A stretch of DNA of 53,348 bases from Girardia tigrina (Eukaryota): assembly GCA_001938485.1 (NCBI GenBank), contig MQRK01243661.1, positions 62,001-115,348 of the forward strand, written 5' to 3'. The stretch's first letter is position 1. The number at the start of each line of letters is the position of its first letter. Position numbers and translations under genes: made by a program. Positions 26,035-37,900 of the stretch are shown one piece after another. Below the pieces are notes generated by a model. That model was not told the origin of the DNA and did not search any database. It saw only the letters and a program-made list of their open reading frames with translations.

Positions 26035-26250
26035 AAATAAAGTAAAAAAACTGAGGTTATTACACCTACACTTAAAAAAATTGCAATTTTGGACAAATTA
26101 AAATCGAATTCTGGAAAATCGATCAAAGAACTTTCAAACGAATTTAACAATTCTGAAGAAATGATTGAAAAGTTCACTAAAAATGAGACTGAAATTCGTC
26201 GACAATTTATCGAATTTATTAACAAAACCGACAATCAATCATTAAAAATC
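26035..26250 (+). mobile_element. CENP-B/Tigger N-terminal psq-type HTH fragment
   Basis: KKTEVITPTLKKIAILDKLKSNSGKSIKELSNEFNNSEEMIEKFTKNETEI fits the psq HTH pattern. Confidence 0.5.
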
Positions 26251-26624
26251 GAATTAATTGGGTCAATTTTTGTTGTAAGAACTAAACATTTTTTGGGAAT
26301 TGAATTTGAATTTGTGAATTATTTGGTCGAAATTATAATTGTTATTTTGATTGATTAAATCAAGAACAAAAAAAATTATTTGTGTACGTGATTTTTTATG
26401 CGTTTTGTTTAGTCGAATTAAAAAATAATAGGTTCTGCGCGAATTTTTTTTGTTTGCTAAACAATCAAAATAAATAAATCAGTTGAGCAAAAATTTGTTT
26501 TCATGGCCTTTTTCTATGAATTTTAATGAAGATTTCTTTTTACTATTATAATCAAAATTCATAAATCTAATTACGAAAACAATATATTCTGACTAAATTC
26601 TGAGTAAAAATATCTCCCGAAAAA

Positions 26625-26945
26625 CGTGAAACGCGAACAATCCTCGGAATCGCTATTGACACTAATTCCATAATTATTAATCAAAATCAAATTTATCTTG
26701 AGCAAAATGTTGACAAAATATTCGAAACGAGAGATATTAAATGAAATGAAGGGTTACGGTCTTACTAATTTGAGGCAAATTGGAATATCGGGGCAAATGC
26801 ACGGTGTTTTGTTGGGGAATGACGACAAGGACGAGTCGCGCTACAATCGGCGCTCGAAATCGATTACCTTGATGGATCAGAGATGTAATGCCGATGGTTT
26901 CATTGAATCTCTACCGAAAATGACGTCGTATTTGGTTATAGAAAT
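26625..26945 (+). pseudogene. SHPK: Sedoheptulokinase-like (FGGY carbohydrate kinase) gene fragment
   Basis: TILGIAIDTNS (degenerate LGIDLGTTS), IGISGQMHGVLL, ITLMDQRCNADGFIESLP (cf. LVTWQDGRC...FLASLP). Deletions and a frameshift; abuts the Gypsy remnant. Confidence 0.65.
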
Positions 26946-27099
26946 GCTCGGTAACAGACAATATTTGAGGGAGGGCACAGAGATTTGGTCTCGTATCACC
27001 GAAAAACAACGAGATGATTTTTTATTTGTCTCCTCGACCTGACGATCGCTCCCCGCCACCGGCGCGCAACAGCCACAAAATCATAAAACTGAAAAGACA

Positions 27100-29710
27100 G
27101 ACACCTCGAGGTTGAGAAATAATGGTGATTAGAGACAACCCATCAGATGAGGACAGACTAAGAAGAATAATTAATATATTTAACAAGCAAATTGACGGGC
27201 AATTAATGAAGATTCTAGCAAAGTATAAATCAGTATTCATGGCTAATAAGTGAGATACAGGGAACACATCATTGACAAAACACAGAATAGAAACATACGG
27301 GGATCCAAATCTAGTAAAACCTTCTCAGAAACCAAAACACTTTGAGGACAAATTGCATGATGTTATTAAAAATTGCGAATAAAATGACATAATCGAAAAT
27401 TGTAGCTCACCATAGAATTACCCATTAGTATGTGTGTGGAAGAAGGAAAAACAAGATATTCGAGTGTGTGTAGACTTCCGTCAGTTGAATAGAATTACCA
27501 GCGTTTCCAATGCCAAATCTAGACGACATGCTGAACACACTGAACGGTGCGCAATATTTTAGTACAATTGATCTTGGAAACGCGTAATACCAAGTCGAGT
27601 TGGAAGAAGAATCAAAAATTAAAACAGCATTCTCAACAAAGAACGGACAGTTTTGTTTCAAAAGAATGTCGTTATGATAATAGCAGCCCCCAGCAACTTT
27701 CCAAGAGCTAATAGTCAAAGTCCTAAGAGATTTAAACTGGAAAGAGGCAGCAGTATATTAGGACGATATTTTGGTCTTTGCAAAAAATAAAAATGAGCAT
27801 ATGCAACGAATAGAACATGTACTGGAAAAAATTAAGGAAGTATGTTTAAGAATTAACCCAGAAAAGTGCCAAATTTTAACAGAAAGAACAAAATTTTAGG
27901 ATATATTGTCAGTAAGAATGATATAGAAACTGATCAAACAAAGATTGAGGCCATTAAAAAATTTCAAAACCCATCATGTATCAAACATTTGAGAAGTTTC
28001 TTGGGTCTAACAAATTACAACAGAAAATTTTTAAAAGATTACGCAAAATACTCAAAAGTATTGGAGGGTTTGTGTGGTAAAAATAAAGACAAGAATATAT
28101 TATGGACTGAAGAATGCGAGGAAGCTTTTCGAAAATTGAAAGAAAAAATGATTGACACCCCGATACTGGCGTATCCTGATTTGAGAAGGAGTTTATACTG
28201 GAAAAAATTGAAAGAAAAAATGATTGACACCCCGATACTGGCGTATCCTGATTTGAGGAGTTTATACTGGATACGGATGCAAGCTCCGATACAATCGTGG
28301 CAGTATTATCACAGAAGGACACGTATGGTAGAGAGAAAGTGATCGCGTATGGATCACATAAAATGAACATATATGAGCTTGGATATTGTGTTACAAGGAA
28401 AGAGTTGCTGACATTTTATTATTTTACGCAAAATTTTAAACACTTTTTATACGGTAAAAGATTTTTACTAAGAACTGATCATAAAGCTATTACCTTCATA
28501 CTCAATACGAAAAACCCAATAACACCGCAATTTCAAAAGTAGATAAATTTTCTTAGTAGTCTGGATATGAGAATGGAATATCGGAAAGGAGGAAACACTC
28601 AAATGCAGATGCAATGTCGAGAAATTCTTGTAAATTATGTAGTCAGTGTCAAACAATGCACGAAGAAGCTAAGAAAGGAAAGATTAAAACACGAATCTTG
28701 GCTTTAGACGAAGAATTAAAAGGGTTCAAGTGGCAGAAAGATAATGACGAAATAAATCAGATCAGAGAAGATATTAGAATGGGAAGAACAAAGAAATGGA
28801 TAATGAAAGACAATATTGTGACAACAATAGATAATAAACATTGGATTCTGAGAACCACAAGGACAGAATTCGTGGAAGACGCTCACAAGATTCTATGCCA
28901 TGCTGGTAGTAAAAAGGTTTATAACTATTTGAAAGATGATTTTGATATGGTTAGTATGAGAGATAATTAAGGAAATTGCAAAATGTTGCATAAACTGTCA
29001 AAAGAGAAAAACTTTAACCACAAAAACGAAAGAAAGTTTTATTAAACAATTTGCTGATGAACCATTTCAAAAGCTGTATATGGATTTTTGCGGACCGTTT
29101 AAAAGGACTCTAAAGGGATATCAATATGTACTAGCTATAATTGATCAATTTAGCAGGTATATAAGTCTAAATGCATCAAGATGAGAAAACTGCTCGGAAG
29201 GTACTACTGGACAGATTGATTTGGAAATTCGGACCACCAAAAGAGATCCATGTGGATACAGGTAAAGCATTCGAATCGACACTCTCCAAAGACGCACTGA
29301 AGAGATTTAAAGCAGAAATAATTTACTCCAGTCCTTATCATTACAATACCAATGGCATCATTGAAAGACAATTTAGAACTATTAGAGATGCTATGACATA
29401 AGGATAAAAGATCAAGCCCACAAAGATTGGACGGAAAATTTACCAGAAGTATAATTTATGATGAACAGCACAATTTAAGAGTTGTAATAAGAATGAAAAG
29501 AGCGAAAATACGATAGAGACAAAACGAATATTTCATACGGGGGATATTGTTGATAAAAAAAGAAAATGCTACAATGGAAGAAGATCGATATATGGGTCCA
29601 GCCACAGTAAAAACCAGAAGACATGAAAGAAGTTATGAATTGGAGCTAGAAGATGGTAGAATTTCGATAAGAAATGTGGAATGGCTAAAGCCATTTAAAT
29701 CGAGGGGGGG
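27100..29710 (+). mobile_element. Ty3/Gypsy LTR retrotransposon pol pseudogene (RT, RNase H, integrase) ending at a polypurine tract
   Basis: HRIET, PLVCVWKKEKQDIRVCVDFRQLN, FSTIDLGNA, Y*DDILVF, LRSFLGLTNYNRKF, LDTDAS, VIAYGS, LRTDHKAI, H..LCHAG...C..CQK, MDFCGPF, GPPKEIHVDTG, NGIIERQFRT, YMGP. PPT gagggggg at 29702-29710 followed by TG. Many stops and frameshifts. Confidence 0.93.
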
Positions 29711-30744
29711 TGAGGAATATTTGGTGTACGGATGTTTTTGTGTAGTTTTTGCATGTTTAAATGTTGTATGTTGATTTGGGATTGTGCCTCTCCTAACCAG
29801 ATGGATTATCAATATTTAATTTATTATAATCTGAAACTAATTTATTTAAATTTAATATTCAAATTTTTAATTTTTATTATTGTAACTTTTAATAATTTTA
29901 TTGATTTTATTTTTGTAATTTTTTAAATAATTAAAATCAAATTAATGTTTAAAAATGAATATAAAAATATTTTATTATAGCCAATAAAATTAAATATTTT
30001 TAAATAAAATAATTTTCTCAAGTATAGTTCAGATTATAATGGGAGATATTGAAAATTGAGTGATGGATCTAAGTGAAAGTAATACTATTGGTCATCATAA
30101 AGATGATAAGAAATGTGAATGTAATAAATATTCTGTCAAATGTGAGTTCTCTTAACAGTATCTATTTTTATGAATATCAATAATCATTATTACAGTGGTT
30201 GGCATAAATATAAAAAGATTGTTCAAAAAAGGATTTTTAATAAATTTTTAAAATAAGTTAAACTAAAAATACGTACTCCTTCAATTTTTAGAGAGAATAA
30301 ATTTATTAAAAAATATTTTAAAAATAGTAAAATTAAAAATAAATATTTAAAAAAATTAGCGTTAGTATATATATTTGTGCGCATAGTATATATAAATGTG
30401 CACACAGTATATATATTTATTAAAATTATGCAAAGTTCAGAGATTGTCTTAAATTATGATGAGGACAAAGACACTGAACTGACAGTTGTTAAACCTCAGG
30501 ATGCTTCGCTGGCAAGATTGAAAACGCATTTATTATCTTAAACTTGCTTAATACTTATTTATTTCTTTTTTACATCTTCACTCTCAGACTAGTCATAGTG
30601 TAGCATTTTTTTCACATGTTCAGCGCCTCTATTTTGCTCTTTTAAACAAGCTGGATTCTAGCTTAACAAATACAAGGTAGATAACTCATGTACAGCATAA
30701 TATAATAACATAACATATTATAACATAATACAGCATAATAGAGT

Positions 30745-31330
30745 CTAAAAGAGAATCAGTTGAATGGAAATTTCCGAGTGAATCTGTTTCCAAGAAGCTC
30801 CGATCAGACACATCACATCGGAAATCCGTGATGCTGAGCATTTTCTGGGATTACATTGGTGTCTTATTAGACGATTTTGCTGGAAAAGGTGTTCACATAA
30901 ACTCCACGTACTCTAGTGATCTTATTCAACGAAAGCCACATGGCCATCCACTGTGGCTATTAAAAGAAAATGCTCCTATTCACAAAAGTAGTTAAAACAA
31001 TGGAAACAATTTCGAAAAGTTGATTTGTGTTGCTGGATCACCCTCCATAGAGTCTAGATCTCGCACCAAGTGATTTTTTACCTATTTTTAGAGGCCAAGG
31101 GTTTGAAAATGCTAATTATTTGCGTCAGTACGTGGAGATTTTCTTGAAGGAGCAGCCACGAATTTTCTACAAAAATACTTTCTTGGAACTTGTTGATCGT
31201 TGGAAAAAGTGTGTGGCTCATGAAGGGTCTTATGTTGAGAAATAGTACCTTTATACGATTAGTGTTCCTGTGTTGTAATATGAGGCTCCAGTTATTTTGC
31301 TTTCTTAGTCCGGGTACTTATTGGGCACAT
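30745..31330 (+). mobile_element. mariner transposase remnant
   Basis: ESVEWK, VMLSIFWDYIGVLL, ENAPIH, DHPP*SLDLAPSDF, RWKKCVAHEGSYVEK. Confidence 0.82.
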
Positions 31331-31560
31331 CACCAATATTTTTGGTTAGTTCGGTTTGAGGTATTAATATTGAATAAATTTTTAGTTTAATTTTTTGTCC
31401 AATTACAGCTACAGTTAAGACATAAAACTCAGATTGAGACTTTTACTTATATCGCTTAATATTTCAGGGAATATCAGAAATTTATTTGTTAATAATCTAA
31501 GTAAATATAAAACACGAAAATAAAAAAGAAAGACTTTATTAAAAGGTACCACAAACATTA

Positions 31561-31904
31561 TCAAATCGGAGATTTAATGTTTCTCTCTGTCTCCGACAAC
31601 AATGTTAATAGAGATTGGATTGAAGATAAATTATCAATGAATTCCTTTTGAAAATCTTGTAAAAATAAATCTAATTTGATTATTTTGTCCAAATCAATTT
31701 GGCGTTTTTTCTTTCGGTTTGATTCTCCTTTGCTTTTACAAATTAATATTTGAAGTATCGAAATCAAATTCCGAACAATATCTTCAATTAAGGATTTCCC
31801 CTCGGTCTCGAAATAACTAGTGTATTGCTCAGTGTCGAGATTATTCCGCAAGATCGGTAGGTTTTCTTGCAGAAATTTTTTGATTGAACCGATAGTTAGA
31901 ATTT
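31561..31904 (-). CDS. EDRF1: EDRF1-like terminal exon 10
   Basis: attatag|AA completes a phase-1 Glu codon; open to TGA at 31563-31561. Confidence 0.65.
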
Positions 31905-34900
31905 CTATAATTTCGGTATTGCAAGATGAAATGAGTATCACATATATCGTTAGATTTAAATAAACAGATTAAGCGAATTTTTGAAGAAAAAAGTAAAGTA
32001 ATTCATTTCCACTTTCGATACGAGTTTTTACAAAAAAAGTATCAAATATTTATGGTTAACCTTTTGTACGCGTAAATCGACTTTAGTCGCCCGGATTTAA
32101 TGTTTAATAATGCGTTTAAAGGGTTAAACTTGAATTTAATATCGTGAAATACTAATTAGGTTACCAGAGATTTTGCTCTCTTTGTGGATGTGAGAAGTAT
32201 TTGTAACATCAATTTCCGAAATAATTTAAAATCAATTTATACATTTATTAATAACAATTTTCAATTAAAATTTCTAACTATTTTCTAAATTTTAATTGAT
32301 CAGCCGATCTCTATTTCCAATAATTTTAAATTGCAATCAAATCAAAATAATATTTAATTTTTAATTTTAAAACTTTTAAAAATCATTTATGAATGAGGTA
32401 ATTAATTTTTGGTTATTATTATTCTTTTAAAAATTAATAGAAAATGTTAATCTGAACAAATTTATTCAAGTGAGAAAGATAACATTTCTCCGCTATGAGG
32501 AGGTAGTTAATTTAGTTCACTGATCAAAATTTAAATAGTTTTAAAAAAGATTATTTTGAATTAAAATCAAATTGAAAATTTAAAAAATTAATTTGAATTT
32601 AAAAAAACATTCTGAAAAAATTTTACTAATATTTATAAAAAAATTTTTTCTAATTTTGAATTAATTTTATGATATGATTAAAAGATTAAATATTTAAAAA
32701 ATAAAAATTGAATATTAAATATAACGTAATTTCAAAATTTCTAAAATAATAAAAATGGTTTTTTTAAAAAAACAACGCAAAATTAAAAAAACGGCATAAA
32801 AAGAATAAAATAAAAAAACATATTTAAACATTAAATATGTTTCTAAAGAATTTTAATATAAGCTAAATCATTTTGATAAATATTTTTGTTTAAAAATTTA
32901 AAAGTTGAATGTTGTTTTAATTTAATTCAAATTTTAAATATATGGAAAATTATTTGAATATAGAGATCAGCGGATTAATTATTAATTCGGAAAATAGTTG
33001 GAAAATTTCTTTGAAAGCTGTTTTATAATAAAGATATAATTTGATTAAAATGAATTCTGATATTGAAGTCATAAATACTTCTCACAATGAAAATTATTTG
33101 TCCAAAAAAATAATATAAATGTAATTTTTAATTAAGTACTATTTAGTTCAGTTTTGATTTCTAAATTTTGCTTAAATCTCTTCAAAATTGTTTATTTCCA
33201 ACAATAGCAAATTTTAATTTTCTAAGTAATTATATTTGCTGGTCAATTTAATCGAAAAGCTATTTTGATGATATTAGATCAAGAAATTTGCCAATTGATA
33301 AAGAAACGAAGAGATCTTTGATAAATTGATTCTATAGAAGGATTTTAAACGATGTATTTTATTTAAATTCTCACTATTTAATTGCATAATGATTATTTTC
33401 AATTTATTAACCCTTTAATGCATGATTTATTTTTACTTTAATAAAAAAATATATAATATAGGAAAATATATTTTTAAAAAAAATGATTTTTTCATGAAGA
33501 ATATCCAAACAAACAGTTTGGTCCATATATTATTTTGGATCATAATTGATCCACTATGAGGTGTGATGTACAACAATCCAATTACATATTCCATCAAATA
33601 GAGGCATAAATATATCTTAAATGTCAGTGATTAATACAACTGAGATCGGGTAAAGTAAGTGTATGATTTGGTAAGTAAAATATAAAAAATAATTCAATAA
33701 CTACATGTACAAAGAACGATTTTATGCTACCAGATTTTACAGTAACAATACTAGGATATTAAAGAATACAAAAAGAAATATTTATCCTCGTACAGTTTTT
33801 GTAGAGCCTACTTAAATAGTAGGCTAACTTACAAATAACCTAACCCTAGCCTTTACTATTGACTTTTACAACTGAAGTAACGTTTTTTTGCTTTTATTAG
33901 GTTGTTACAAAAGGAATGCAGGTTTTTGATTTTATAACATTTAGCATAATTTTATACGACTAAAGCATGTACTTGTTTCTCGTTGGCAAAAAGGTATTGA
34001 TTCTGATGGTTTTTATTTCGATTAATAAAGTTAATTCTGTGCTGAGTTACATTTGCTTCAAGTTCAGGTTCAAAAACCTGCATGGCTTTTACAATAACCT
34101 AATACTACTTTCAAAATTTCTTGTTATTTGCTTCAATTTAGTTTAAAGGCTAATCTTTTTATCTTTAACTTTCATACCATTTAATTTCTTTTTAATGTTG
34201 TCTTCAGTATTCTTTACAACTTTGTTTCCTTATTTTAAGTATTTGAGAAGTATTTTTGTAGTCTTTTAATTTGGGAACAAATTGAAACTTCCAGAAGTTG
34301 TTTTAGTGTTTCCAACTTGACGGGAACACTTTTTTCAACTCCATTAGAAATCAACCATATTTTCAATGATAAAATTATAAGTATTAGAAATTTATTTAGT
34401 GAACTAGTTCCAGTCACTGGACAAATATTTGCCTATTTTTTCCATCAATAATAACCATAACTGGTCTTACATTGCCGTTTCTATATGAAAATACTTGACT
34501 TCACTTTTTTAATGTATAAGTAGCTATCCTTTCTAGCTTACAGTCATCTCATTATAAGACTAATTTAGGACTATAAAAAACTTTTCAACTATTTTTGAAT
34601 AAATAACGGATATCTCCTAACAGTGTCTCTAATTTTTAAAAATGGGCACACTATTTAATAGTGCCTCTAAAAATTTTAATAAACGTTGTTAAAATATTGT
34701 TTTAAAATTTTTTTAAAATATGAATTCAATGATATATTTTTTATTTTAGAATCCATAATTATGAAAAGGAAAACATTTACTATAGAATTATGAGAATGAG
34801 GTCATTTCGTATATTGTGAATAATATTAGTTCATATAAAGCAGCGAAAGACTTTGGAGAAAGAGGCGGCTGTGAATATGATCAATCCATGTTTATGAGAT

Positions 34901-37900
34901 GGTATAAGAATAAAGAGGTGATCCAAACCCAATCAAATACAGCACTGGGAGGATTAGAAGAGACGTTGTTATCTGAAATTATAGAACTGCGATTGGTGAA
35001 ATTAAAGGTGACAAGAACCTTTGTTTCTAACAGTGCAGTCTTTTGGGCCGGAAAAATAACATTTTATTAGAAGTAATCGATGGATTGATGGTTTTATGAA
35101 GCGACACAATTAGTCCTTAAAAAGAAGAACCAATCTTACAACTTTGACAGATAATGCCTTGGTTGATAGAGCTGTTTCGTTTGTTCTGTTTCTTTAAAAA
35201 TTATTGCCGTCAATAAACTTATCAAAAACAATCTTAATGGACGAAAGTGCTGTCTATTTTGAAGACAATAGAACCCAGACTGTTGATATGAAAGGAAAAC
35301 GGCATGTCGTCATGCGATCAACAGGATTTTCTCCAATGAGAATAACGGCTGCTCTTTCTTTTTGTGTAAATGGAAAACAGGTCCTACCCTTGATTATTCA
35401 TAAAGGAAAAGATCAGGCGTCGATTTTAAATGAAAATGGAGTAATGCCAACGACACAAAACCGATATTATAATCCATTGGATTGATTTAATATTTCCTAG
35501 CTTTGATACAAGTCCTGGTAAATGCATCATTTTGGATTCATGTAGAGTTTACATTTCCAAGGCTGTCAAAGGTTATTGTCAAAAAATGAACATTTTGATG
35601 GCCATTATTACGAACAGATTAACACCATATCCTCAGGTAGGGGATATTGGAATTTTAAGGAATTTAAAGATTTGGTGTCTTTGAGAATTAATTCTTGGAA
35701 ATTTTCATCTGAAATAGAATTTACCAGAAATGGCAATCCTAAGCCACCTGACAGACCCAAGGTTGATTCTTGGGTTAAAAATTCATGGAACGCTGTATGA
35801 TCGGAAAATAATAATAAATTCTATAAATGTGACTGGAATTTCTCTTGATAATAATAGACGGTATATAGTGAAGCACGATGTCTACGGAACATTACTTAAT
35901 AAAAAATATTTAAAGGAAAAAGCATACAATCCATCTGTTGAACGAACGGATACTTCTGAAGAATCGGATGAAATAGAAGATGAATGAATTTATTATGAAA
36001 CTTTTATTTTATTTGTCAAAAAATCTAAACAGTGTCCTCATTTTAAAACTTTATTGACTTTTTGGAGACACTATTTAATTTATGTCCGGGATACTAGATG
36101 GAAATATCCATTATATTACTCCTTGATTCAATTATATTATTATAGGATTGCTCGGAAAGTATTCGTCGTTTTTATCAATTTTGGTATTCGAAAAACTATG
36201 GGAATTTTCCGAACAAACTTATAATACCGTTATCGCATTCTGTTCCCCTTTTTTCCATTCTTTTATTGGCTTATATATGTATCAATGAAATTTAGAAACC
36301 CTTTTACTCAATCAATTTTTTCCAGTCTTTGTACACTTACTCATTCTCGATGACAATAAATGATTATGTGAAAATTTGATTAAAAAACTTTTTAAGGTCA
36401 CAAAATGGAAAAAACGGAAAATTCGGAGTTCCTGAACAATATTAATTAAAAACGATCTATTATAAGTAGTTTATATTATGCAAAAAAGTAAAGATAAAAA
36501 AGTATTAATAAATGTGATAGTTATTAGGTTCGTGATTAAAATTGGAAGTCATAATTTGTAAACTTTATTTCTACTACAATTTTCATTATTGAAACAAATT
36601 TATGAGGAACAATATTTTATTTACATAATCCAGATCTCAAAATTCTAAATATAAATAATAATATCGATAAATATATAAATATGTTATTTTATCTATTATT
36701 TATCGAATTTTAATTTGCAGAATTTCCAGCTGCCTTTTAGCATTAAATTATCTTTTTTTATTACATTTCTGACAACAAAAATTTCAACAAAAAATTCTTC
36801 CGAATAACTCTTAAAATAAATGCAAAACAATTAAAATTCAATTATTTATGAAATTAACTTTTTAAAATTAATTAAGATATTTTTTACTAATAACTGTTTA
36901 AAACTTTTGATTTTATTTTAGAGATTATTTATAGCAATTAATTATTTCCAAAAATTTAAAGAATGAGCCTGATCTTATTTTAAAGAATTTAAAAAGATTT
37001 TTATTTTAAAGAATTATTTCATTTTAATTAATCGAACATTATTTTTAATTTACTTAAAATACAAATATGATTTTTAAAAATATCAAAAATTTAAAGTTCA
37101 CCAAAAGGAACCCCAACAATAGTAATTTTCCCTTCTACAAAAGATAACAAAATATTCTCTTGGCCAAATAGAGTTCTGTCAGCATAAAGAATGGATATAA
37201 AAAATTTTTTTTGATTAACTAGTTTGTTTTAGTTTTGAACAGAAGATCAATATTCACATAATTAAGGATAGCTGATTTACCAGTCGATGATAAACGCTAT
37301 AACGAGTGTTATAATGGGTGCTTTTTTAATATTAAAATTACTATTCAACAGAAAAACTAAATTTTGACAATTTTCAAAATAAATTTAATAATCATTGAAA
37401 CATAAATATTAAAAAAAATATAAATATTAAATTACCGCATCGATCCAATTGAATTTTAAACATATAAAATTCAATTAAGATTGATTCCTTACATCTGGAC
37501 AACGAATCTTCTCTTCGAAGAATCAAATTAAGATCGTTTTTAAATTCATTCAAGATATGATCATTGTCAAGTGATCGGTCAGCCTTCAACTATCGATGAC
37601 AGATCAAATGTCCGCATATTACAGTTACAAAAAAATTACATTAAGATAATAACGCACAAAATTCATGCGAAGTCGTAAACTAGTTAATTTCATGTTAATA
37701 ACCGAAATGGACTGCAAGGACGATTCCGTCCTGTGTATTTTGTCAGCATATTCTAAAGCTCTGTTCATTTCCAAAATCTAGATAAACATTACTTTCATAA
37801 TTTTCAACTCCACAAATAAATAAAAACCCTTTCCTCTGAGTTCTGATTTTCAGAATCAAGACAGACATAAGCATTTTCAACAATTATCATACACAAATCC

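Noticed and set aside
32060-32123. Tiny TTAA-flanked piggyBac-like remnant
   Set aside because: Only a few bp of terminal match; too little to call.
34200-34500. Bro-N-like peptide VFSYRNGNVRPVMVIIDGK on the minus strand, or an extra EDRF1 exon
   Set aside because: Similarity too short and broken by stops; its phase does not fit the EDRF1 exon chain.
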